From assembly GCA_031366795.1 (NCBI GenBank), contig JANLOX010000344.1, forward strand, positions 1 through 42,080: a stretch of 42,080 nt of DNA, in the 5' to 3' direction. Of the stretch, positions 11,120 through 20,700 are shown in pieces; within the stretch, counting starts at the first letter, position 1; the number at the start of each line of letters is the position of its first letter. This stretch comes from Candidatus Eiseniibacteriota bacterium. GTDB taxonomy: Bacteria; Eisenbacteria; RBG-16-71-46. The notes beneath the pieces are model-generated. The model was given only the letters and a program-made list of their open reading frames with translations. It searched no databases and had not been told where the DNA came from. The translations under genes and the position numbers were made by a program.

Positions 11120-13127
11120 TCACGGCATCAACACGATCCGAGTTCCCACCGAGAGGGAGTTCTGTGTGAGACGCGCCCAATACACGCCCGCTGAAAGCCA
11201 TGCGTTTGTGTTGAGCGCGGCGCCCGTCGCGCCGGATGCCACGCGCTTGATGGGCATTGACTCCACGCGGCGCCCCGCGATGTCGAAGAGATCCAGGGTC
11301 GCTGGATCCGCGGTGAGGAGAGTGCAAGCGAGCTGCACCCGGCCCCGCGCAGGGTTTCCATGGCTCAACGACAACGTCAGTGTGGCGGCGGGAACGTACA
11401 GTTCAATCGGCGCTGTGTGTTGAGCGACGCCACCGACGAGATAGTCGAGCCGGTACGAGTAATGCGCTCCCGCCCGGACACTGGCGTCAGTAAATGAGAG
11501 GAGCCCGCTGGCGTCGCTCCATGCGGTTCCAACTTCACGCCAGCCCCCCATGCTTAGAGGATTTCCGGGTCTGCAGACGTCGTCCCCCGGCGCGGCGGGA
11601 GGGAGAGCCCCTCCGCCCATCCGGGCAAAGCTCGCGGTTCCATCGTTGAGATAGACGACCAACGAGTCTGTCGAGTAGCCACCGTAGGCGGCCGCAATAT
11701 CCGAGCGCCCCTCTGCATTGAAATCCCCGAGGGTGATAAGGGCGTCTTCTCGTGGCAAGTCCGAGCCTGCGACGATCAGCGTTGGCTGCAGGTAGCCGTG
11801 GGCCGGGTCCCGGTAAGAGATCATGAGGGTTGGCCCCACTGGCCCGATCAGGAGATCGTCGAGTCCGTCCCCGTTGAAGTCGCCATGCCCCAGGATTGCC
11901 CCGCCGGGAAGCGCAGGAATGACCGTATGTCCTCCGCCATCGTACTGAATGTCGAGTGAGTCCCCGCGAGGAATTCCCCGATCGCTACAGCCGTCAGCAT
12001 TCCAATCGATTGAGACGCCGCCCGGAATGGTTTCTGGCCCCGCGTAGTCGATAGGCGTCGCGAAGCCGCGAGCCGCGACGTGGCGAAATCCGAGAAGGTC
12101 GTCGGAGTAGTTGTTGCCAGTGATGGGCAAATCGACGACGTCGAACAGGCCATCGAGATCAAAGTCGGACGCAAGGAGAGCCGTGGTCATGTGCGGAGAC
12201 GCGTTATCCGCGATGAACAGGCGAACCTGCTCCCAGTTGCGTGAACCCACGTTCCATTCGATCAAGATGCGATCGTTGTACCGCAAGCTCGAAGCGGCGA
12301 ACAGGTCCAATCGCCCATCGCCATTGAGATCCGCCACCGCCATCCGGTTCGCGAATTCGCTCGTGCCGGGCACATGTTGTGGTTCGGCGGAAAGTCCCGA
12401 ACCGGAATTCCAGAAAACCGCGAATGAGCCATCGGATTCCGGGAGCACGAGGTCGAGGGCGCCGTCGCGATCAAAATCTGCGAGGATCGGGTTACGAGGT
12501 GTCCCACATTCCGAAGGCGAGCGAATTGGGAACGTGCAGTGCGCCCGTGCTGTTCCCTGGATAGATCAGGGTCTTGTCGCCGAGTGTCACGACGATGTCC
12601 GCGTATCCGTCGCGATCCACGTCGCCCATGGTGAGCCCAGTAATCAAATTGTGGGGCTCCAGAGGAATTGCGTACCTCGCTGGCGGCTCGAAATTTGTGC
12701 CGTTGCTGAACAGGATCGACAATGAATCGTCGTATGTCGCAAGATCCGGGTGCTTGTCGCCGTTGAAGTCCCCCGAAGCGAGTTGCCACGTGGCACGCAT
12801 CGTCAGGGTCTGCGCTGACCGGAATGCGCCGCCGCCGAGTCCGGTAAGTAGCGTGAGCCGATTCGAGTCAGGGTCACATCCCGCGCCACAACCCATCGAG
12901 ATCGTGGCGATATCGATCACGCCATCCGCGTTGAAGTCCGCCGCGACCAGTGCGCCGGGTCGCTGACACGGAATCGTACTCTTGATGCGCAGCCCGCCCG
13001 CGCCACGGCACACGTCAAAGACAGTCGCTGCGATTGCTGCTAAGTACTGCACGCGCACCATTGCAGCGATGCGCTTGCGTGGGGCTGTCATCCGGGCGAC
13101 CTCTCCATGGTCCGGCACTGTAGTCAC
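11120..13127 (-). pseudogene. FG-GAP repeat secreted protein with FlgD/T9SS-like C-terminal domain, split by a frameshift
   Basis: ORFs 12492..13127 and 11120..12448 both carry DFNxDG repeats. The second frame continues upstream as PRNPILADFDRDGALDLVLPE across the first ORF's stop, so there is a frameshift near 12495-12535. C-terminus: NPARG...LFDIAGRRV...AGVYWARL. Confidence 0.75.
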
Positions 13128-13431
13128 GCGTGACGCAGCGGCAGTGTCGAAATTCTTTTCGGGAATTGCGCCTCGATGGCGCTGTGGAGGGCGCTACCGC
13201 AAGATGAGGGCCGAAATCACAGCTTCGCGCGCTGCACGCTGTTCCCGCACTCAAGGGCGCCCGCGTTCCAGCCGATAACTCCCTAGATCGTCCCTCACGA
13301 TCTTCGAACACCGCACGCTCGAGCTCCGGGAGCTTTCCCGCAGCGAGCTGCTGGGCGTGTCATACGCCACATCAACCTGCTCTTGATCCACTCGGCATGG
13401 ATGGAGCTTTGGCGCTCAAAGGAGAGGGAAC

Positions 13432-14082
13432 GTGCTGTCAACCCCCGTCAAGGTCCTGCTCGTCGACGATGACGAGGACGACTTCGTCATCACTCGCGAG
13501 CTGCTCGCCGACTTTCCCGTGGGCAAGTTTGAGCTCGAGTGGGCCGCCACTGCCGAGGCGGGGCTCGTCGCGATCCACGAAACCCGGCCGGACGTGTGCC
13601 TCGTGGACTACCGCATGGGCGCCCACAGCGGGCTCGACTTCATGCGGCTCGCGTTGGAGCGCGGGCTCGAGGTTCCGATGATCATGATGACCGGGCAGGG
13701 CGACCATGACATCGACGTGGAAGCGACGCGCATGGGCGCGGCCGACTACTTGGTCAAGGGCGAGGTGGGGCCGGCGCTGCTCGAACGGGCTTTGCGCCAC
13801 GCGATGCATCGCGCTGCCGAGCAGAAACCTGAAGACGCTGAACTCGTCCATTCGTTCCCGCGGCTCTCGGAGCGTGAACTCGACGTGGCTTGCCTGATCG
13901 CCGAGGGTTGCTCAAACAAAGAAATCGCGGCTGCCCTCGCCATCGGTATCCCGACGATCAAGAAGCATGTCGGTCGATTGCTCAAGAAGGCCGGTCTCCA
14001 GGACCGCCTTCAACTCGGCCTGTTCCTCGCTCGCAATCCCGCGACCCTGCGACGCGTCGATCCGAGCGGCGAGCGCGTCTAG
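13432..14082 (+). CDS. Response regulator, REC + LuxR/NarL HTH
   Basis: LLVDDD, phospho-Asp in CLVDY, MTG, YLVK. HTH LSERELDVACLIAEGCSNKEIA. GGAGAGG RBS before the GTG. Confidence 0.92.
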   Translation: MLSTPVKVLLVDDDEDDFVITRELLADFPVGKFELEWAATAEAGLVAIHETRPDVCLVDYRMGAHSGLDFMRLALERGLEVPMIMMTGQGDHDIDVEATRMGAADYLVKGEVGPALLERALRHAMHRAAEQKPEDAELVHSFPRLSERELDVACLIAEGCSNKEIAAALAIGIPTIKKHVGRLLKKAGLQDRLQLGLFLARNPATLRRVDPSGERV

Positions 14083-14090
14083 CCCCGGTC

Positions 14091-14135
14091 GCATGTTGCC
14101 CTAGGTCGCGGTAACCGCGGCCTAGGGCAACATGC
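14091..14135. terminator. Long hairpin between convergent genes (probable bidirectional terminator)
   Basis: GCATGTTGCCCTAGGTCGCGG-TAA-CCGCGGCCTAGGGCAACATGC: 21-bp arms with one non-Watson-Crick pair. No U-tract. Confidence 0.7.
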
Positions 14136-14147
14136 TGCATCCTGCGA

Positions 14148-14696
14148 CTATCCCGCCGATGCGGTAACCGTGACCGTGATGTTCTGCTGCGCGGTGACTG
14201 CGGTCGTGACGGGCGCGTTGAAGCGGAACCACGCGGACCGGCTGCCGGATGCGGCGACGGAAAGTCCCGTCTGGTTGCCCGCGAACTTGGTGCCGGAGCT
14301 CGTGACCGATGCAGTCGAGAGCGCGTGGTTCGCGTACGTGAAGCTGACTGCCGTCGGAGCCGAGGAATTGAACTGCATGAGCAGGGCGTACTCTTCCGCA
14401 CTTGCCGGAGCGGCTTGGACCGCGATCCAGGTCGAAGGATTCGTCAGCGACATCGAGAACGTTTCGGTGACGTTTCCATCGTTCGTGATGGTCGAGCCGG
14501 AGCCGGAAACGGTTTGGCTGCCTGCCACGACGGTGCCGAACGCGATCGCACCGGATGTCGATACACTCAGGTTCTGGATGGTGACGGTGACCGAGATCGT
14601 CGCCGGATTGCTGGCGTGGGCTACCGACGCGGCGCCGAGGATAAGCGTGAGCATGAGCTGAAGCGTTGCGATCCTGCCGAGTTTCTGGAACAACAT
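14148..14696 (-). CDS. Secreted beta-rich protein, pilin/fimbrial-subunit-like
   Basis: Strong RBS GAGGAGGAG and a Sec signal ending AHA. The mature part of about 155 aa is S/T/A/V-rich with alternating strands (ATISVTVTI, IAFGTV, TITNDGNV, NITVTVTA). Confidence 0.7.
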   Translation of the reverse strand: MLFQKLGRIATLQLMLTLILGAASVAHASNPATISVTVTIQNLSVSTSGAIAFGTVVAGSQTVSGSGSTITNDGNVTETFSMSLTNPSTWIAVQAAPASAEEYALLMQFNSSAPTAVSFTYANHALSTASVTSSGTKFAGNQTGLSVAASGSRSAWFRFNAPVTTAVTAQQNITVTVTASAG

Positions 14697-15012
14697 CGAA
14701 CTCCTCCTCGATGACTTTCCCAATCAATGGGAGCGTGATCCGGTTCGCCCTATGGGGCGGTTGGAATCCCTGCGTTTCACTGGATTGTGTGCATTCGTGA
14801 CGTCTCCGCATCGGGCCGGCACGAGCTCGCGACACGGGAAAGATCGGCCCGGCCGGCGCGGCGGGGGATGGTACCGAGGTAGCCCCTTGGGGGAGGTCCG
14901 ATTGCTGTCCTCCGGGCTCATCCGGGAGCGTTCGTCCGCCGATAACCGGGGAGGGCGCGTGTGTTGCGACGGGAAAGGGATTGCCGTCGCCGAGTGCCCT
15001 GACACCGATGCC

Positions 15013-17304
15013 ATGGAGGGTATCCCGTTGCGCCAGGTCTTCGGTGCTCAAGGCGGTTCTCGAGAGGACGCCATCAAGCGCGTCGTCCAGACGCTCGCGG
15101 CCGCGGCGCTGTATTACGGCGCGGCAAGACTCGGGTTGCTGTTGGCGTTCGACAAGACCAACGCGTCCCCGGTGTGGCCCCCGTCCGGGATCGGGCTTGC
15201 GTTAATGTTGCTGTTCGGTTTCCGGATGTGGCCCGGCGTTCTGCTCGGAGCCTTCCTCGGAAACATCACAGTGTTTCTCGTGAACCGTTCCGCGCCCCTG
15301 TCCACGGAGTTGCTCACCTCGGGTTTAATCGCGGTAGGTAACTCGCTGGAAGCCGTGTTGGGGTATTTCCTGCTTTCGCGCTGGGGGCTTCGCAACCCGC
15401 TCACGCGCGCGCAGGATGTGTTCCGCTTCGTGCTCGCAGCGCCACTGATGTGTCTGGCCAGTGCGTGTGTCGGTCCCACTGCGCTGGCCGCGACGGGTAT
15501 GATCCCATGGTCGCTGTTCAGGACGGTGTGGGTCACATGGTGGCTCGGGGACGTCGCCGGAGTGTTGGTCGTGGCGCCGTTGATGCTGTCGTGGTGCCGC
15601 AGGTCGTGGATCAAAGTGGATCCACGCTGGCCGGCTGAAGCCGCGTTGCTCACCGCGGTCCTGTTGTTTGCCTGCCGGCTTACATTCAGCGATTGGACTG
15701 GGACTGGCACTGTTCACGCGCCACTGGCATTCCTGCCCATTCCATTGCTGGTCTGGGCGGCGTTCCGGTTCGGCCCCTGCGGGGGAGCCACCGCCATCGC
15801 GCTGACTTCGGCGCTCGCGGTCTGGGCGACGATTCATGGGCGAGGACCGTTCGGGACCACGGACGTCAACGCAGCGCTGACGATGCTGCAAATGTTCCTG
15901 GGAGTGGTGACCATTACGGTGCTTGTGGTCGCTGCAACCGTTCAGGAGCGCACCGATGCCGCACGCGAGCTGCGCCGCGCCCATGACGACTTGGAAGTTC
16001 GGGTGCGCGAGCGGACCGCCGAGTTGGAGTCGGCGAACGCGCTGATGGTGCAGGAGGTGGCGGTGCGGCGGAGGGCCGAGCAAGTGCTCGAATTGAGCCA
16101 GGCGCGGCTCGCGGAGGCCCAGGCCGTCGCGCACCTCGGCAGTTGGGAATGGGACATCGCCCGGAACGAGGTCCTGTGGACGGAAGAATTGTATCGCATG
16201 CACGGCTTGGATTCCCGAGTGCCAGTGACCTACGAGTCGTGTCTCGAGCGCGTGCATCCTGACGATCAGCAGTTGGTCGGCCGCGCGGTCCAGCGGGCAG
16301 CCGAGGATCACCAGCCGTTTTCGTTCGACCACCGGATCATTCGCGCCGATGGCGAAGTGAGGTGGTTCCATGGCCGCGGGCGAGTCGAGGTCGATGCCTC
16401 GGGGCCGATTCGCATGTTCGGCACCTCCCATGAGATCACCGGGCGCCGCCAGGCGGAAGACGCCTTGCGGGCGCTCACGGACAGGCTGCAACGCAGCAAC
16501 CGCGCGCTCGAGGAGTTTGCCTCGGTGGCGGCCCACGAGCTGCAGGAACCGCTGCGCAAGATCAAGTACTTCGCGGAACGCACCGTCGCCACGCGTTCGC
16601 ATATTCCCCTCGAAAATCCGTCGCGAGTAATCCCGGACGCCGGATCGGACGGATTGAAGCGCATGAACAGCGCTGTCGGCCGAATGCAGAACCTGATTCA
16701 TGACCTGCTGGAAATCGCCAAGCTGTCGCACAAGCCGGAGTCGCTGTCGCTGGTCGATCTTGGGCAGGTCGCGCGCGAGGTCGTGGCGGACCTCGAGTTG
16801 CGGATCGCCCAGGTCGGCGCGAGCGTCGACATCGAATCGATGCCGAAGATCCAGGCGGATCGCACGCAGCTCCGGCAACTCTTGCAGAACCTCGTGGCCA
16901 ACGCGCTCAAGTTCCATCGCCCGGACGTGCGTGCCCACATCCGGGTGTCATCGGAGATGGTGGATGCGGGCACGGATGCGACCCAGTCGATGCCCGGTGC
17001 AGGACCCTATTGTCGTGTGGTCGTGGAGGACAATGGCATCGGCTTCGAGCCGAGCCAGGCGGAACGCATCTTCTCCGTGTTCGAGCGGCTCCATGGCCGC
17101 AGCGCCTACGAGGGGACGGGCATTGGGCTCTCGATTTGCCGCAAGATTACCGATTTGCATGGGGGGACGATTCGCGCAGAGGGGACGCCGGGATGGGGGG
17201 CACGATTCGTCATTCTGCTGCCGATGCGCCAGGGGTTACCCCGTCCCATTTCGAGGCCGGAGCCGGCCCGTGAGGAGGAGTTGTCATGCACGCTGCCCCA
17301 GTAA
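15013..17304 (+). CDS. MASE1-PAS sensor histidine kinase
   Basis: MASE1 motifs VWPPSG and WWLGD, a PAS/PAC domain (GSWEWD...VHPDD), H-box AHELQEPLRKI, N-box QNLVANALKF, DNGIGF and GTGIGL. The start is uncertain; the ORF is open from 14752. Confidence 0.92.
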   Translation: MEGIPLRQVFGAQGGSREDAIKRVVQTLAAAALYYGAARLGLLLAFDKTNASPVWPPSGIGLALMLLFGFRMWPGVLLGAFLGNITVFLVNRSAPLSTELLTSGLIAVGNSLEAVLGYFLLSRWGLRNPLTRAQDVFRFVLAAPLMCLASACVGPTALAATGMIPWSLFRTVWVTWWLGDVAGVLVVAPLMLSWCRRSWIKVDPRWPAEAALLTAVLLFACRLTFSDWTGTGTVHAPLAFLPIPLLVWAAFRFGPCGGATAIALTSALAVWATIHGRGPFGTTDVNAALTMLQMFLGVVTITVLVVAATVQERTDAARELRRAHDDLEVRVRERTAELESANALMVQEVAVRRRAEQVLELSQARLAEAQAVAHLGSWEWDIARNEVLWTEELYRMHGLDSRVPVTYESCLERVHPDDQQLVGRAVQRAAEDHQPFSFDHRIIRADGEVRWFHGRGRVEVDASGPIRMFGTSHEITGRRQAEDALRALTDRLQRSNRALEEFASVAAHELQEPLRKIKYFAERTVATRSHIPLENPSRVIPDAGSDGLKRMNSAVGRMQNLIHDLLEIAKLSHKPESLSLVDLGQVAREVVADLELRIAQVGASVDIESMPKIQADRTQLRQLLQNLVANALKFHRPDVRAHIRVSSEMVDAGTDATQSMPGAGPYCRVVVEDNGIGFEPSQAERIFSVFERLHGRSAYEGTGIGLSICRKITDLHGGTIRAEGTPGWGARFVILLPMRQGLPRPISRPEPAREEELSCTLPQ

Positions 17305-17687
17305 AGGTACTGCTTGTCGATGATGACGAGGATGATTTCGTCATCGCGCGCGAGATGCTGTGCGACCAGCCCAACGTCGAGTTCCAGGTGGACTGGGCGC
17401 CGACAGTCGAATCCGGACTCGAGGCGATCGCGGGAGATCGCCCGGATGTTTGCGTGGTGGATTTCCGGCTCGGCGAGCACAACGGTCTGGACTTCATGCG
17501 GCGCGCGATCGATCAGGGATGTGATATCCCGATGGTGATGATGACGGGGCATGGCGACCTGAGCGTCGACGTCGAGGCGGCGCGAATTGGCGCCGTCGGC
17601 TACCTGGTCAAGGGGGACGTACTGCCTGCACAGTTCAAGTGCGCCCTGCACGGCGCGATCGACTTCGCGCGGCTGCGGAAGGCATAG
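17286..17687 (+). CDS. Single-domain response regulator
   Basis: REC motifs LLVDDD, CVVDF, MTG, YLVK. GAGGAG RBS inside the 3' end of the kinase gene. Confidence 0.92.
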   Translation: MHAAPVKVLLVDDDEDDFVIAREMLCDQPNVEFQVDWAPTVESGLEAIAGDRPDVCVVDFRLGEHNGLDFMRRAIDQGCDIPMVMMTGHGDLSVDVEAARIGAVGYLVKGDVLPAQFKCALHGAIDFARLRKA

Positions 17688-17734
17688 CCGGTCGCGGTTG
17701 TGGCGGAACCGGCAAGCGGATCAACGGCGCCCGG

Positions 17735-20700
17735 TCACTTCAACATGACTAGCCGTTGCGCCGCGACCGCGCCGCCGGTGCGCATGCGCACCAGGTACAT
17801 CCCGCGCGGCAAGCCGCTGCAGTCCACCACGACCGATCCGGCTCCTGCCTCGCGGACTTCGGCCAGCACCTGTTGCACGCGCCGGCCCGCGATATCGTAG
17901 AGAGCGATGTCGACGCGGCCGCGCACCGGCAGGGTAAACGAGAGCAGCGTCCGGTCGCGCGTGGGATTGGGTGCCACCGAGAGCGATGTCGTAAGCGCCG
18001 CAGGCCGCGGCACCAGAACGGCGAGCGTTGCGATGGAATCCGCCGCGTAGCGCAGCACAGCCGAGGCCTGCGCGTCCCAAGTGCCATCGCCGTCTTCGTC
18101 CGCCGCGAGCACGATGTTGTAGGCGCGGAACGGCCGAGGCTCGGTGAAGCGGGTGAACACCTCGACTGCTATCGAGTCCCCTGGCCCGACGTTGGCGACA
18201 CCTGAATAGGGGAGGCCCGGCGCCACGCCGCCGAAGGCGATCGCGGGGCTCTCGCCCAACCCCGGTTCCGCGGCCATCGCGCGTACCGTGAAGGGTGTCG
18301 CGAGCGGCCCGTCGGACGTGTTGGTCAGCACGAATCGCAGCGTGGCTCCCGTTGAGATGTTGGCGGCTGCTTTGTTCAGCGCTGCGGTCAGGAAGCACCA
18401 TTGCCGGGCGGACGTGATCGATCCTTGGGCGACCGTCGAGTAGTTGCTGGCGATGTTCGTCATCGCGACCTGGTAGCACGTCGTGGCGTAGATCGGCATA
18501 CCCGCGGGTCGGAATACCTTGTACGAAACCGGAACGCAGCTGTTGGGCGGCACGGTGACCGGATTGGGACCGAGCACCTGGAAGGCGGTGGGACCTGGCC
18601 AGGTGCAGGCGCCACCCGTCGGCAAGCCCGTGAGCACGAGGTTGTAGGTCTGCGTCGCGGTGGTGTGGTTGCACACCTGCAGGGTGAGCGTGATGTCGCT
18701 CTGGTCGCGGCACAGGCTCGCGTAGGCCGGCACCCACGCGAACTCCTTGCACTTGCCGAGCGTGTCGGATTGCACGATGCCGAGGATGTCGGAGGTGGCA
18801 AGCGCGCGTTGGAACAACTCCACTTCGTCGATGGCGCCGTCGAAGAACGTGGACGGCCCGGTGGTCGATGCGCCGGCCCCGATCAGCAACTTCTCGGTCG
18901 TGGTGACGCTGCCCGTGGGATTGAACGCGGGGAAGTTCGCCGCCAGGTTGCCGTCCACGTAGAGCCGCGATCCGGTGGCGGCGTCGCTGCGATCTTCCAC
19001 GCTCGCCACGTGGTGCCATTGGCCGTCGGCGACGTTCGGATTGGTTCTCGTCCAGTTCTCCGTGCCACTCGCATTCGATGGATCGCTCAAGCGCAGCGCC
19101 AGCCGGCCGTTCTTCAGGTACATCGCGTAGCCGACCTCGGGATCCGGGAAGCGCTTGTCCACGATCGACCGGATCCCGGTCGTGGCGAGGGTGCGCACCC
19201 ACGCGTCGATCGTCAGGTTGCCGGTGCCGAAGTTGATACCGGGTGTGTCGTTGGCCCGCACGTAATTATTAACCCCATTGAACTGCCGCGCGCGCTTAAC
19301 CATTCCTGTGACGTGCGATGGAGCATTGATGTCCACGCCATGGCTGCCGAGCACGGTCTCGATGGCATTGGGACCCGTGGGTTCATCAAGTGGCCACCAG
19401 GCGCTCATGCCGAGCGGCGGCTTCGTGCAACTCGGGCAGGCCCCGACGTTCTTGGTCACGACCGTCGTGCAGCCGCTCGTCGAATCGGTCGCGATCAGGG
19501 TGAGCGTGCCGCCGGTGCTGAGCCAGGTGATATCCACGTTGCTGCCGGTGGCGGTAGGCGGCGTTCCACCCGAAGCCGACCAGTGGTAGGTGTAGTTCGC
19601 AGGTCCGATCGCCGAGTAGTTGTTGGGATTCGAGCACGCCGTGTTGGCGCCCGCGAGCGTCACCGGCTGCATGCCCAACGTCACGCCCTGCGTGGAGGTG
19701 GTCGGGCTCGCCGCCGGTACGGTGAGTGTTACCGAGTAGGTGCCGGGGCCGGCATACGTGTGCGACACGCTCACGCCACTGCCAGACGTATTATCGCCGA
19801 AGCTCCAATTGTAGGGACCGGCGCAGTTCACGGAGTGGAAGTTCACCGTGGTGCAATTGCTGACGGTGTACTCGAACTGGGCGGGCGGGTTCACGCCTGT
19901 GCATGCCAGCGGCATGTTCGGCAGCGAGCCGAACAGCGTTTCGGAGTAGGGGTAAGGGAACGGAATGCACAGCAGGTTCAGCCCGCACTCGTTCTGGTTG
20001 TTGGTGTTGAACTGGTTGGGGAAGTTGATGCAGTGCAGCGCCGACGCGGTCCCCCCGCCGACGTAGAGCTTCCCGTCGGGGCCGGGCCGGATGACGCATT
20101 CCTGGTTGGTGACGAGCTCCCGCGTCTGCATCGTCGTCAGGTTGAGCTGCCGCACGCCGAACACGCTCGAGATGTAGTAGCCGTAGTAGAGCAGCTTCTT
20201 GTCGGGGCTCAACACCGCGTCGTAGTAGGCGCCGATCACCGTCGAAGGCATCGATACGCTCACAGATCCCGTGGCGCGGTTGAAGTTATAGATCGCCACG
20301 TCGCCGATGTTGGCCACCGTGCTGAACATCGTGCCGTCCGCGCTCGGCACGATCGCGCCGGGGGCTGTCCCGTGGCCGCCGCTCGGCGTGTAGGCCTGCG
20401 TCACGCCTGGCCCCGCTGAAGTGACCGGCGTGACGAACACCTTCGCCACATTGCCGGTGGCCCCTTCGGTGATGAGCCACCAGTCCGTGCCGTTGCAATT
20501 GGGGATCAGCGCCAGGGCTTCCATCATGCCGTCCGGGTTGCCGGGTATGCTGATGGCCAAGTTCTTCTGCCCCGCGGGAATGTCCCCTAACCCTGCGTGC
20601 AGCGTCATGTCCACGACGCTGTAGTTGAGCAGGTTTGTGGTCGCGGCGTACTCGATCATCTTTACGGTGAACAGGTAGTACTGGCTCGTGGACCCCGGGC

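Noticed and set aside
13345..13371. HTH-like peptide ELLGVSYAT in intergenic DNA
   Set aside because: Too short, with no supporting ORF; may be chance.
14817..14830. Sigma-54-like CGGCACGAGCTCGC
   Set aside because: The GG-to-GC spacing is 9 nt rather than the required 10.
14697..15012. c-di-GMP riboswitch upstream of the pilin-like gene
   Set aside because: GC-rich hairpins are present but I could not find the GEMM consensus. An Infernal/Rfam scan would be decisive.
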